A stretch of DNA of 64,000 nt from Mustelus asterias (lineage: Eukaryota), in contig NC_135810.1 of the NCBI RefSeq assembly GCF_964213995.1, positions 80,290,001-80,354,000 of the forward strand, written 5' to 3'. A program made the position numbers and the translations under genes. Within the stretch, counting starts at the first letter, position 1, and each line of letters opens with the position of its first letter. Positions 51,595-63,479 of the stretch are shown piece after piece. The notes beneath the pieces are model-generated. The model saw nothing but the letters and a program-made list of their open reading frames with translations, had not been told where the DNA came from and searched no databases.

Positions 51595-52729
51595 TGATGC
51601 CCATGCTAGCTCTCAACCAGTTAGGCATGCTATGGGGGACACAATGGAGGTGGCCAGACATATTTGAGCCACCATTATTCCTCTTTAGGGTTTCTGTAGT
51701 GTTCGCACCAGTGGCATTGTGGAGTTAAATTTCCTGGTCAAGTATCTCATTATCAATGGCCAGTTTTTATATATTGTGGGCACAACTAGTACCAAAGACT
51801 TGCCCTCGAGAACTTGCAGAGCAAAGAAGTAAAGAATACTGGCCATCTTGTATTAACAAAGTATTTTAATTACAGTATGTATATTGAAAATATAATTTAC
51901 GACTTAAAAATTAGCTCTGTAAGCCTTTATATTTGCCGTACAGATAAAATTAATGAGATTTGTATGTTTGACACGGTTCATAATGTACCACACACAAACC
52001 ATGAATACAAGCCTTGAGTCCTTGCTGTTGATTCTGGTTTGGCTTCTTGTGTTTGAGCCTCAACCTCCTTACTCGGTTTCTTTTAGACACATACCCCAAT
52101 TATACTGACAAGCTGGAGCCAGAATGAATCCTGCTCTGGCAGCGATCTGGCATTTCCACATAAACAAAAGTGCAAACTCTGCTGAGTTAGACAGGCAGTG
52201 ACAATAAATCTGTTCTTCATTTTCACAAGTGAACCCTTTTCCTTTAAACTTGAAAATCAACCAGTCAAAATAAATACAAACAGCATTTTCTGTGCCCCAA
52301 CTTCTCTGCTGAGTGAAATCGAAACAATACTGGTGACGGACAGCATCTGGATCAGGAAGAATGATTAATCTTTTGTGCCTGACCTTTCATAGTTAGCCTA
52401 CTTAAGGAAGGACAAAACAGATAAAGAGTAAGTGGTACTTAACATTTGATTAATTTGTGGATTATTTTCCTTCAATTTCTAAGATGCCATATTTCTAAAA
52501 GCATAACGTACCTTCTTACAAAAATTTCAGCTGTACCTCTTCAGTTATGTATCCCACCAATTGACGTTTAAAAATAATTGGTCATGCTCAGATACGTTGA
52601 GGACAATCTTACCAGAATTCGGTAGAGTGCTGGTCCCAGTGAGGAAAACAGCATGCTTCTCTCGAGAGAAACAGGTCAGTTTTCTCTCCAGGTCTAACAG
52701 TGGTTTTTTCCTGACCTGCTCTCACAGCT

Positions 52730-53508
52730 CTAGTGTCTTCCTTAGCTCACCTGCCGTTGCAGCCCTCATACATGCCTTTGTTGCCTTCAGACTCAGCTAC
52801 TGCCAGCTGGCCTTCCGCTAACTTGAAGCCATCCAATATTCTGCTCCCAATGTCCTAACTTGCACCAACTCTTATCCACCCTTTATCCCTGTGCTCACTG
52901 ACTTACATTGGCCTCCAGTCAAGCTAAGCCTTACATTCTCATCCCTGTTTTCAAATCCCTCCATGGCCTCATCCCTTCCTAAGGTTGTAATCACCCCCAG
53001 TTTTCCCAGCTCCTTCTTATCTGTGCTCATCCAATTCTGGCCTCTTGAGCAGCCCAAAATTCTAACTGTTGCACCATTGGTGACCATTCTTCCAGCTCTC
53101 TGTTATGCCTTTGGGGCTGTTGTTGTGTCATTGCGCTATCACTTTAAGAGTCTAGTCACATGGATAGTTTGTGACATCATGGGCTGCTTCGTGGACCTTT
53201 GCCTGAGTCTGGATCAAGCCTTATGAGAGTCAACAGCTAATCAATTAACCCGCATTATTGTCTTCACCCAACCTCCCCAGGCACCAACTTCACGTTCTTT
53301 TATCCAACAAATGCAATATATAACAAGGCCTTGGCTCTGAAATACCTTCACCACACTTCTCTGCCTTGCTTTCCTCCTGTCGGATACCCCTTAAAGAGTT
53401 TACCTCTTTGATGAAGCTTTAGATCCAGTCTATCTCCTTCTGTGGCTTGGTGTCACACTTTATTTCATAATATGTTAAAGGTGATGTATAAATGTAAGTT
53501 GTTGTTGT
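52730..53508 (+). mobile_element. L2-type LINE 3' remnant (interrupted)
   Basis: LIHAFVAFRLSYC and PVLTDLHWPPV motifs; tail TATAAATGTAAGTTGTTGTTG. Confidence 0.75.
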
Positions 53509-53850
53509 GGAAGAAGGTTGTGTAAGGAGGATTTCAGGATTGAAAATCAAGTGGGCTCTATTATGGTGATGTGAACCTCCCCAGATAATTTGTGTCTTAA
53601 TGGATGGGACATCAGGCCAGTTCGATTGTTAGTAGTAATTACCCTAGCCTGATTTTCCATAATGCACTGCACCTTGACCATCCCTTAACTAAACACAAAA
53701 AGCAGCAAATCTTCCCTCTAGGTCATGGGTTGGCAATCCATGGCAAGTGGAACATGTGGTGATATTCAGTGGCAAGCGTGATGATTTTGAATGGCACGTG
53801 AGCTGATTGTCCAGCCTGAGTAGCCAAAGTTGCAGACCTGACAGACCAGC

Positions 53851-53931
53851 TTACTATACACCTTATATACTCCTACTATACTCTTACTATACACCTTATA
53901 TACTCCTACTATACTCTTACTATACACCTTA
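53851..53931 (+). repeat. 33-bp tandem repeat (about 2.5 copies) at the LINE 5' junction
   Basis: TTACTATACACCTTATATACTCCTACTATACTC occurs twice plus a partial third copy. Confidence 0.9.
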
Positions 53932-54840
53932 TGCACCTTTGACTGTGTGGCCAAATTACCCTCCAATTCGATTTTCAAGTTTGCTGATGACATCACCATA
54001 GTGGGTCGGGTCTCAAACAATGATGAGACGGAGTACAGGAAAGAGATAGAGAATCCGGTGAACTGGTGCGATGACAATAATCTCTCCCTCAATGTCAACA
54101 AAATAAAGGAGATGCTCATCGACTTCAGGAAGTGTAGTAGAGAACATGCCCCTGTCTACATCAATGGGGGCAAAATAGAAATGGTCGAGAGCTTCATGTT
54201 TTTAGATGTCCAAATCACCAACATCCTGTCCTGGTCCCCCCATGCCGACACTATAGTTAAGAATGCCCACCAATGCCTCTACTTTCTCAGAAGCCAAAGG
54301 AAATTTGGCATGTCAGCTAAGACTCTCATCAACTTTTACAGATGCACCATAGAAAGCATCTTTCTGGTTGTATCACAGCTTGGTATGGCTCCTGCTTTGC
54401 TCAAGACCGCAAGAAACTACAAAAGATCGTGAATGTAGTCCAAAACATCACGCAAACCAGCCTCCCATCCATTGATTCTGTCTATACTTCCCACTGCCTC
54501 GGCAAAGCAGCCAGCATAATTAAGGACCCCATGCACTCCGGACATTCTCTCTTCCACCTTCTTCCGTTGGGCGAAAGACACAAACGTCTGAGGTCACGTA
54601 CCAACCGACTCAAGAACAACTTCTTCCCTGCTGCCATCAGGCTTTTGAATGGACCAGCCTCGCATTAAATTGACCTTTCTCTACACCCTAGCTATGACTG
54701 TAACACTACATTCTGCACTCTCTCATTTCCTTCTCTATCAACGGTATGCTTTGTCTGTATAGTGCTCAAGAAACAATACTTGTCACTGTCTGCTAATACA
54801 TGTGACAATAATAAATTAAATCAAATCAAAATAAATAAAT
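53851..54840 (+). mobile_element. Rex/Babar-like LINE, 5'-truncated RT
   Basis: IFKFADDITIVG..WCDDNNLSLNV..FYRCTIES and CITAWYGSC..NNFFPAAIRLLN; (TCAAA)n tail. Confidence 0.9.
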
Positions 54841-56073
54841 TGGAAACAAAGAGTTGCGATGGTTTTAAAGCCGGTCTGTCATTGTCAATTTCACTGTGGC
54901 TGCACTGCTGCTTCCCACCTTCGGGCAGCAGCCTGGACCCGGTTTTCGTTTTGAAAAGCCAGCCAGATAGCTGAAGATGCAACTGGCAAGAGAGAAAACT
55001 TGGTCAACAAGTGGTCAGTGAAATCCTTACAATTTTAGAACTGCCTGGATGGTGTGTGTCGAGGGGGAGGAAGGTTGGAGGCGGGGCAGGGGTGTTGAGG
55101 GGGAGGTGAGAGAAGTTGGGAAGGGGCAGTGGCTTGGGGAGGTGGAGACGGGGTAGGGGTTAGGTTGGGGGAAAGATTAAGGAGAGACTGGGGAAGTTAG
55201 GGGGTAAGTAAAGACTTTATAAATGTTAAAATGTATCAGTAGAACACAAAACTCTAGAGTAAGTGGGACTCAGCACTCCAATTGTGAAAGTTTGCAGACC
55301 GCTGCTCTGGGTGGTGGAATGTGGAGAGGTAAACCCTGATTTTATTTCCAAATTAAGATCAATTTCTATTTTTTTCTTAGGAACAAATTGCTTTATGAGA
55401 AAGTAAATGGAATGAGTTCGAAAAATAGAAATTACTGCCAACAATATTCATAAACAGCTAATGAAATTATACTCATGTCTTTTCCAAACTTTAATATAAC
55501 AATTATTTTATTCATTTTAAACTGGTGAATACCTTTTGCTAAAATAGTGGATTGAGGAATTGAATAAAAGCACATATAATAACTTTAAAACATTCAGAGG
55601 GAGATCTTACTGGCTCGTCACACCGGTCAATCAGCATGGCGAACCGGTAAGATCGCAAGAGAGGCTAAAAGTCGGGTTTGCACCTGGTTTCTCACCTCTT
55701 GCGATCTTACCAGCTCTGGACTGCCGACGTGATCTGCCTTGTGCCCAGGAACAGCACCAGGTTGATTTGAATATTTAAATTTGAATTCCAACATGATTAG
55801 TGAGCCTGGGATGTAACCGTCTCACTTGCCTTTACAGGCTCGCCGGTGAAGGTCCTCATCAACGAGGATCGTGCATGGTCCTCACCAACAGGGACTTGCT
55901 GTGATGGTCTTGCCAGTGGAATCAAAGCCCATTGAGGCCTCCTTGATGGTTGAAGTGGAGGCAGCAGTAACCCTTGGGCAGTGCCAGTCTGGCACTGCCA
56001 ACCTGGGACCCTGGCAGTGCTGACCTGGCACCCTGGCACTGCCCACTGGGCACTTTGACACTGTCTGATAGGG

Positions 56074-56399
56074 GTGGCATCTTATCAAATGCCTTCTGGA
56101 AGTCCAGATATACTACATCTACAGGATCCCCATTATCCACTCTGCTTGTTACATCTTCGAAGAACCCTAGCAAATTAGTCAAACATGGTTTGCCTTTCAT
56201 AAAACCATGCTGACTCTGATGGACAGCATTTTGACTTTCCAAATGTCCTGATATTGCTTCCTTGATAATTGATTCTAACAATTTCCCAACATCAGATGTT
56301 AAACTAAGTGGTCTGTAATTTACCACATTTTGCCACCTTCCCTTTTTGAAAAAGGGCATTACATTAGCATTTTTCCAATGCACTGGAACCATTCCCTGT
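56074..56399 (-). mobile_element. Tail-less internal CR1 RT fragment, inverted copy of 57554-57871
   Basis: WKNANVMPFFKKG..QHGFMKGKPC..LDFQKAFDK; nucleotide match to the neighbouring copy. Confidence 0.9.
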
Positions 56400-56479
56400 T
56401 CATGACAGGGGCAGGCCCTAAGGGGTGGGGTGGGGCCATGATTGGAGTGGGGCCCAAGGGGAGGCAGAGGGGGAGCTGT

Positions 56480-58997
56480 GCTCAAGCAGTAGTTCCACAG
56501 TGGACAACAGTATACACCAGGAAATACTGGAAGTTTGCAAGAAAGGTATGGCAATAATCACGGGTGATTTTAATATGCACATCGACTGGAAAAATCAAAT
56601 TGGCAAGGGTAGTCTGGAGGCAGAGCTCATTGAATGTATTAGAGATTGTTCCTTGGAACAGTATGTTGTGGAACCAACCAGGAAGCAGGCTACTCTGAAT
56701 TTGGTATTGTGTAATGAGGAGAGATTAATTGATGACCTCACAGTTAAGGATCCTCTCGGGAGTAGTGGCCATAATATAATAGAACTCAAAATTCAGTTTG
56801 GGGGTGAGAAAGTGGAGTTGCACACTGGCTCTCTGGACTTAAACAAAGGAAATTACCTAGGCATGAGGACAGATTTGGCCCAAGTGGAGTGGGCAGGAAG
56901 GCTAAAAGGTAGGACAGTGGATGAGCAGTGCCATTTTTTCCTCACAACTAAAATATATCCCAGTGAGTAAGAAAGATGGTAAGGGGGGGGGAGTAAAAAA
57001 ATATCCATGGCTAAATAAGGAGGTCAGGGACAATATAAAGACAAAAACTAAGGTACATCATTTGGAAAGGCCAGTGGCAGGCTGGAAGATTGGGAAACTT
57101 TGAAACATAAACAAAGGGATACTGAAAAAGCAATAAAAAGAGCTGAGGTAAATTACGAAAGAAAACTAGTGCCAAATATCAAAAAGGATAGCAAAAGCTT
57201 CTATAAGTATATAAATGGGAAGAGAGTCGCTAAGGTGAATGTTGGTCCCTTGGAAGATGAAACCGGAGAGTTAATAGTGGGGAACACTGAAATGGCAGAG
57301 ATGCTAAATCAATACTTTGCCTCAGTTTTCATGGTGGAGGACACTAGTACCATTCCGATAGGAACAGGCAAGTCAGAGTTAATAGAGAGGGTAGAATTTA
57401 GAACAATCAACATCGATAGGGAAAAGGTACTCAGCAAACTATTGGGATTGAGGGTAGACAAGTCCCCCTGATGGCCTACATCCTAGGGTATTAAAGGAAG
57501 TAGCGGCAGAGATAGTGGATCCAATGGTTATAATATTCCAAAATTCCTTGGACACAGGAAAGATTCCAATGGATTGGAAAAATGCTAATGTAATGCCCGT
57601 TTTCAAAAAGGGAGGGAGGCAAAATGTGGTAAATTGCAGAGCAGTTAGTTTAACATCTGTTGTTGGGAAAGTGTTAGAATCAATTATCAAGGAAGCAATA
57701 TCAGGACATTTGGAAAGTTAAAATGCTATCCATCAGAGTCAGCATGGTTTTATGAAAGGCAAACCATGTTTGATTAACTTGCTAGAGTTCTTCGAAGATG
57801 TAACAAGCAAAGTGGATAATGGGGATCCTGTAGATGTAGTATATCTGGACTTCCAGAAGGCATTTGATAAGGTTAATTCACAAGGTTAGATCACATGAGA
57901 TTAGGGGTAATTTATTAGCTTAGAAAGGTGGCTGGCTGATGGGCAGAAGGCAGAGAGTCGGGTAAATGGATTTTTTTCTGATGACAAAAAGCAACTAGTG
58001 GGATGCCACAGGGTTTGGTCCTTGGGCCCAAGCTATTTACAATCTATATTAACTAATTGGATACCGGAATAGAAGGCTCTGTAGCCAAATTTGCAGATGA
58101 CACAAAAATAGGCGGGGCAGTAAATTGCAATGAGGAAATAAGAACGATACAAATGGATATAGATCGGAGAGTGGGCCAAAAGATGGCAGATGGAGTTTAA
58201 CATGGATAAGTATGTGGTCATGCATTTTGGTCAGAAAATGGGAAGGCGACTTATTAACTAAATGGGAAGAGACTTTGGGGTGCTCCGGTGCAGAGGGATT
58301 TGGGTGTCCTCGTTCATGAATCACAGAAAACTAGCATGCATGTACTGCAGATAATAAAGGGAATGAGTAGAATGTTGACATTTATAGCTAAAGGAATAGA
58401 ATATAAAGGTAAGGAAGTATTGTTGCAATTATACAAGGCATTGGTGAGGCCGTACCTTGAGTATTGTGCATAGTTTTAGTCCCCTTATTTGAGGAAAAGT
58501 GTAGTGAGATTGGAGGCAGTTCAGAGGAGGTTCACTAGATTGACTCCAGAGATGAGGGGTTTGTCGTATCAAGAGAGATCAAATGGTTTAGGCCTATGCT
58601 CGCTGGAATTTAGAATGATGAGGAGAGATCAAATTGAGGTATATAAGATGATAAAAAGTATGGCTAAAGTAGACGTGGAGCGATGCTTCCTCTTGTGGGG
58701 CATTCTAGGATGAGAGGTCATAGTCTTAGGATAAGGGGTAGCAAATGTGAGGAGAAACAACTTCTCCCAAAGATTTGTGAATCTGTGGAATTCGCTACCC
58801 CAAAGTGCGGTGGACGCTGGGACAGTGAGTAAATTTAAGGAAGAGTTAGATAGATTTTTAATTGGTAATGGGTTGACAGGTTATGGGGAGAAGGCAGGAA
58901 AATGGGGATGAGGAGCATATCAGCCATGATCGAATGGCGGAGTGGACTTGAGGGGCCGAATGGCCTAATTCTGCTCCTATATCTTATGAACTTATGA
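56480..58997 (+). mobile_element. CR1 LINE, 5'-truncated, frameshifted ORF2
   Basis: GDFN, QHGF, FADD remnants; tail GGGCCGAATGGCC..CTTATGAACTTATGAAC. Confidence 0.93.
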
Positions 58998-59549
58998 ACT
59001 CTGCAATCAGGGATTGGCCGGGGCAATGGTCGACTAGGGCAGCGATTGACCAGGCTGGGGGGAGTGGGGTGGTGATCAGTCAGGGGTGGGAGGAGTGGGG
59101 GTCGGAGGATTGGGGGTGGGGGAGTGGAGCGGCGTGGCTGAGTATCGGGGCAGCGATTGACCATGGGTATCATGGTGGATATCCAGGGAGGTGGGGGACT
59201 GCCAGATCACTCTGGATAAAGGCAAAATACTGTGGATGCTTGAGAGATCTGCGTGCGTGCGATAGCGCCCTCTAATGTGAGTAGCCGGCTTTCCGGCAAG
59301 ATTTAACTCCATCCACTCCCTTTACTGGCGTGAATCACACTTTGCCTTTTTTGCACTAAGTGCCACAAGATCTTTTCTGAAAGCATGCTGAAAAATGGAT
59401 GTAATTCTCTCCCGTTTTCATGCTCATTTGGCACTTAGAATCTTTTTGCTAAGATTGCCCCCTAAGTGTCAGTAATTTCAGCCTTCTTGTTGTTGTGAGA
59501 AAATATGAAAAAATTTAGTGTCTTTCCCCTGGGGAAAGGGTGAAGATGA

Positions 59550-59613
59550 TATGGAGATACTGGTGTTGGACTGGGGTAAACACAGTAAGAAGTCTCACAA
59601 CACCAGGTTAAAG
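59550..59613 (-). mobile_element. Penelope-like pLTR terminal fragment
   Basis: Matches 26592-26658. Confidence 0.8.
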
Positions 59614-60239
59614 TAAAGGGTGAAGAGGCTGGGGAGTCCATTGCTTTGCTGACTTCCCCACAGTCCTCCTCCCACCCCCTGATTAAATCAGGGCTGGCAG
59701 AGGTCAAGGTTGACCTTCCCACACCTAGGCCAATTAAGGCCATAAGAGGCCAATTAAGGGCTTCATCCCAACACTGTGAGATTCAGGTGGGGTCCCTTCT
59801 GTTTGGGTAGGGTTTACCCCATGAAGGACCCTGCTGGATGTCAGGGCCAACCCCTAGGGAAGACTCCTCATGCTTTCCACAGTGACACCTAGTCTCCGGC
59901 CATCTCCAGCACCTGCTTGACCTGCCCTGTCCCATTTACCTCTCCTCTGGGACATCCATGATTACTCCTCATCCTGGGCCTCCTGCAGTTACTACAGTGG
60001 CCACCACTCCCAGGGGCCGCTGGTTCTGAAGATCCTCTGATTGGGCAATGATTCCCAAAGGCAGGATCCGAGTTCTGTAGGCCCGGGGAACCCTGCTAGC
60101 AGGTAAGTGAGTGTCAGATTGATTAAATTCTGGTTCTCAGAAGTGGCACTGGCTGTGTTGCCACCAGCTCTTTGGCAGGTGGATAAGGCCAATGGCATGG
60201 CCACCAAAGTCAGCCCAGAGTACAATGGGTTTTAACTGG

Positions 60240-60710
60240 GCTCTCCAAATGGAAGAAGCCTTTCCATCATCAATGGAAAGTTTCATTTCATGTGACTAAC
60301 AACAGAACGATTTATGAATCTGACTGGAAGACTATCGCTAATCAGTGTGGAGCTCTTCCCTAAAGCTCCACAGCTTCATTTGCACTGACAAATTGATGTA
60401 TAATTTATGCATGATTCAACTAATTAGCATGAGGTTACAATTGTGGGCCCAACTCCATGTATGTATGCTTCAGCACTGTGTAAACAATACATTTTGAATA
60501 ACAAAGGCTGCTTGAAATGAATGAATCTTTTATGCAGAGAATTATATTCACTCCAAGTGATTAGAGCCTAAACTCTTTTATGGGAATGCAGTATTTGTAA
60601 AAATTTTCTCGCCATGAAACTAATCATTCATTAGGTGGAATAGTAAATCAGAATGACCTCATTATCGATTCAAAGGCTGCAGTAATGATTGTGTCTCACG
60701 TTGGCTTGAA
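60240..60710. promoter_or_regulatory. Candidate developmental enhancer / conserved non-coding element
   Basis: Non-repetitive stretch dense in Sox (ACAAT, AACAAAG), Fox (TGTAAACA), POU/homeobox (TAATTAGCAT, TGAATGAAT, TAATCATTCAT) and TCF (TTCAAAG) words; conservation untested. Confidence 0.3.
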
Positions 60711-60776
60711 TTAAGAAAAAATCAAACAAAACAATGCTAGACACTGAGGGAGCTGCAAGAGTGTGTGTCCTGAAAG

Positions 60777-62402
60777 AACATAAGAACATAAGAACTAGGA
60801 GCAGGAGTAGGCCATCTGGCTTCTTGAGCCTGCTCCGCCATTCACTAAGATCATGGTTAATCTTTTCGTGGACTCAACTGCACTCACCATAACCCTTAAT
60901 TCCTTTACTGTTCAAAAATTTATCTATCCTTGCCTTAAAAACATTCAATGAGGTAGCCTCAACTGCTTCACTGGGCAGGGAATTCCACAGATTCACAACC
61001 CTTTGTGTGAAGAAGTTCCTCCTCAACTCAGTCCTAAATCTGCTTCCCCTTATTTTGAGGCCATGTCCCCTAGTTCTAGTTTCACCTGCCAGTGGAAACA
61101 ACTTCCCTGCTTCTATCTTATCTACTCCCTTCATAATCTTATATGTTTCGATAAGATCTCCCCCCATTCTTCTGAATTCCAATGAGTATAGTCCCAGTCT
61201 ACTCAGCCTCTCCTCATAAGCCAACTCTCTCAACTCCGGAATCAACCTAGTGAATCTCCTCTGCACCCCCTCCAGTGCCAGTATATCTTTTCTCAAGTAA
61301 GGAGACCAAAATTGTACACAGTACTCCAGGTGTGGCCTCGCCTGCACCTTACACAGCTGCAACATAATCTCGTTGTTTTTAAACTTCATCCCTCTCGCAA
61401 TGAAGGACAAAATTCCATTTGCCTTCTTAATTACCTGCTGCACCTGCAAACCAACTCCTTGTGATTCTTGCACAAGGACACCCAGGTCCCTCTGCACAGC
61501 AGCATGCTGCAATTTTTTACCATTTAAATAATAGTCCGTTTTGCTGTTATTCCTACCAAAATGGATGACCTCACATTTACCAACGTTGTACTCCATCTGC
61601 CAGACCCTCGCCCACTCACTTAGACTATCTATATCCCTTTGCAGACTTTCAGCATCCTCTACACATTTTGCTCTGCCACTCATCTTCATGTCATCTGCGA
61701 ATTTTGACACACTACACTTGGTCCCCAACTCCAAATCATCTATATAAATTGTAAACAATTGTGGTCCCAACACTGATCCCTGAGGCACACCACTAGTCAC
61801 TGATCGCCAACCAGAAAAACACCCATTTACCCCCACACTTTGCTTTCTGTTAGTTAACCAATCCTCTATCCATGCTAATACATTACCTGTAACACCGTGC
61901 ACATTTATCTTATGTAGCAGTCTTTGTTGCGGCACCTTGTCAAATGCCTTCTGGAAATCCAGATACACCACATCCACAGATTCCCCATTGTCCACTGCAC
62001 ATGTAATGTTCTCAAAGAATTCCACCAAATTAGTCAAACATGACCTTCCCTTCATGAACCCACGCTGCGTCTTACCAATGGGACAATTTATATCCAGATG
62101 TCTCGCTATTTCTTCCTTGATGATAGATTCAAACATTATCCCTACTACAGAAGTTAAGCTAACCGGCCTATAGTTACCCGCCTTTTGTCTACCTCCTTTT
62201 TTGAACAGTTGCGTCACATTTGCTGTTTTCCAATCTGCGGGAACCACCCCAGAGTCCAGCGAATTTTGGTAAATTACCACTAGTGCATTTGCTATTTCTC
62301 CTGCCATCTCTTTTAGTACCCAGGGATGCATTCCATCAGGACCAGCTAACTTGTCCACCTTTAGCCCCATTAACTTACCCAACACTACCTCTTTCGTGAT
62401 AA
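60777..62402 (-). mobile_element. Young 5'-truncated CR1 with an uninterrupted RT frame
   Basis: ORF 60874-62583 with NYRPVSLTS, GVPQGS, FADD; (TTCTTATG)n tail; TGAAAG TSD at 60771-60776 and 62403-62408. Confidence 0.95.
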
Positions 62403-62408
62403 TGAAAG

Positions 62409-62932
62409 GTAGCGGTCTTATAGCACTGCGGGTAATGCCCCTGATTCTGAGCCAGGACTTGATGACCAAGTGAGCTGCATGCATAATGCGGCCAACCAGG
62501 TTGAGTATCAACTTGTAAACCCTGCCAAAGAGAGATTCCTGAAAATAAAACAGAAAATGCTGGAAAATCTCAGCAGGTCTCATAGCATCTGTGGAGAGAG
62601 AATAGAACCAACGTTCCGAGTCTGGATGAAAAAATAGGAGGTCTGAAGAAGGGTCACTCAGTCTTGAAACTTGGCTCTATTCTCTCTCCATAGATGCTGT
62701 CGGATCTGCTTAGACTTTCCAGCATTTTCTGTTTTTGTTTCAGGCTCCAGCATCCGCAGTATCTTGCTTTTATTATAGGAGAGATTCCTAGTCAGCCATG
62801 TGATGGAAAGAACATTGAAGCACTGTAACCTGCACAAGTCATGGCAAACCATTGCAGTGCCTTGCCAAGCATAACCATAGTTACTAATGCCCTCTCGGGG
62901 CATGGAACCCAAAGAGAGAGAGATCCTGACAG
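62409..62932 (+). mobile_element. Probable tRNA-derived SINE with an RTE-like tail, split by a Penelope-like insert
   Basis: Degenerate head GGTCTTATAGCAC..; tail ATGGCAAACCA.TGCAGT.CCTTGCC..(AG)n resembles RTE/BovB 3' ends. Confidence 0.45.
62541..62778. mobile_element. Penelope-like mini-insertion made of two inverted pLTR pieces with an 11-bp TSD
   Basis: 62541-62630 is the reverse complement of about 62650-62742; GAGAGATTCCT at 62530-62540 and 62779-62789; hammerhead-like CTGAAGA..GAAAC at 62643-62670. Confidence 0.82.
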
Positions 62933-63479
62933 TTACCGATCAAGGGTATGGAAATGCATGCACAATCTAGACCATGACATACAAAGGGACTTCTTATTTA
63001 AGTTCTGAAAGTTTCTAGTTAGGGTATAAGAAATAGAAGCATCAGGTAGGAATAACAGTTCTAAAGCTGGAAAAGTAGAACTAAAGCAATAGCAATGCCC
63101 AGGATTCTTTAAGAGAGACATTCTGAGCTGTGAGCTACAGCTACAAATGAGAGAACTACAAAAAGAATCTGCAGCTGTAGACTGAACATCACTGTTTAGG
63201 TTAACTGTAGTCAGAGATTCTTTTGAGGCTTTCTTTCTAGAGGCGAAGTGCATGCCAAAGGGATGATCAAACAAGTATATAGTCTTTGTGCCTTTGTCCT
63301 TAGTAAAATGCTTATCCTTTCCCAGCCTGCTTGTTCCTCAGTAAAGCCCCACCTTCACATCCTTAAGTTCAAAGGCGACAGACTTGAATGTATATAGCAC
63401 TTACAGCTGAAGGTATATGATACACAACAGGTTTAGCCATTCATTGCCAAATCTGGCTAGAGTATATAAAGCACTATTC

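Larger units (their letters stand above)
53724..55304. mobile_element. hAT (Charlie-like) non-autonomous element with a nested LINE
   Basis: TIRs CATGGGTTGGCAATC / GTTTGCAGACCGCTG; 8-bp TSD CTCTAGGT (53716-53723) and CTCTGGGT (55305-55312). Confidence 0.7.
55598..59461 (+). mobile_element. GC-rich Harbinger-like MITE carrying CR1 insertions
   Basis: TIRs GGGAGATCTTA / TAAGATTGCCCC; subterminal GGCACTTAGAA shared with the 46272-47597 family. Confidence 0.72.

Noticed and set aside
53851-53931. CRISPR-like 33-bp repeats
   Set aside because: Head-to-tail with no unique spacers, eukaryotic context and no cas genes
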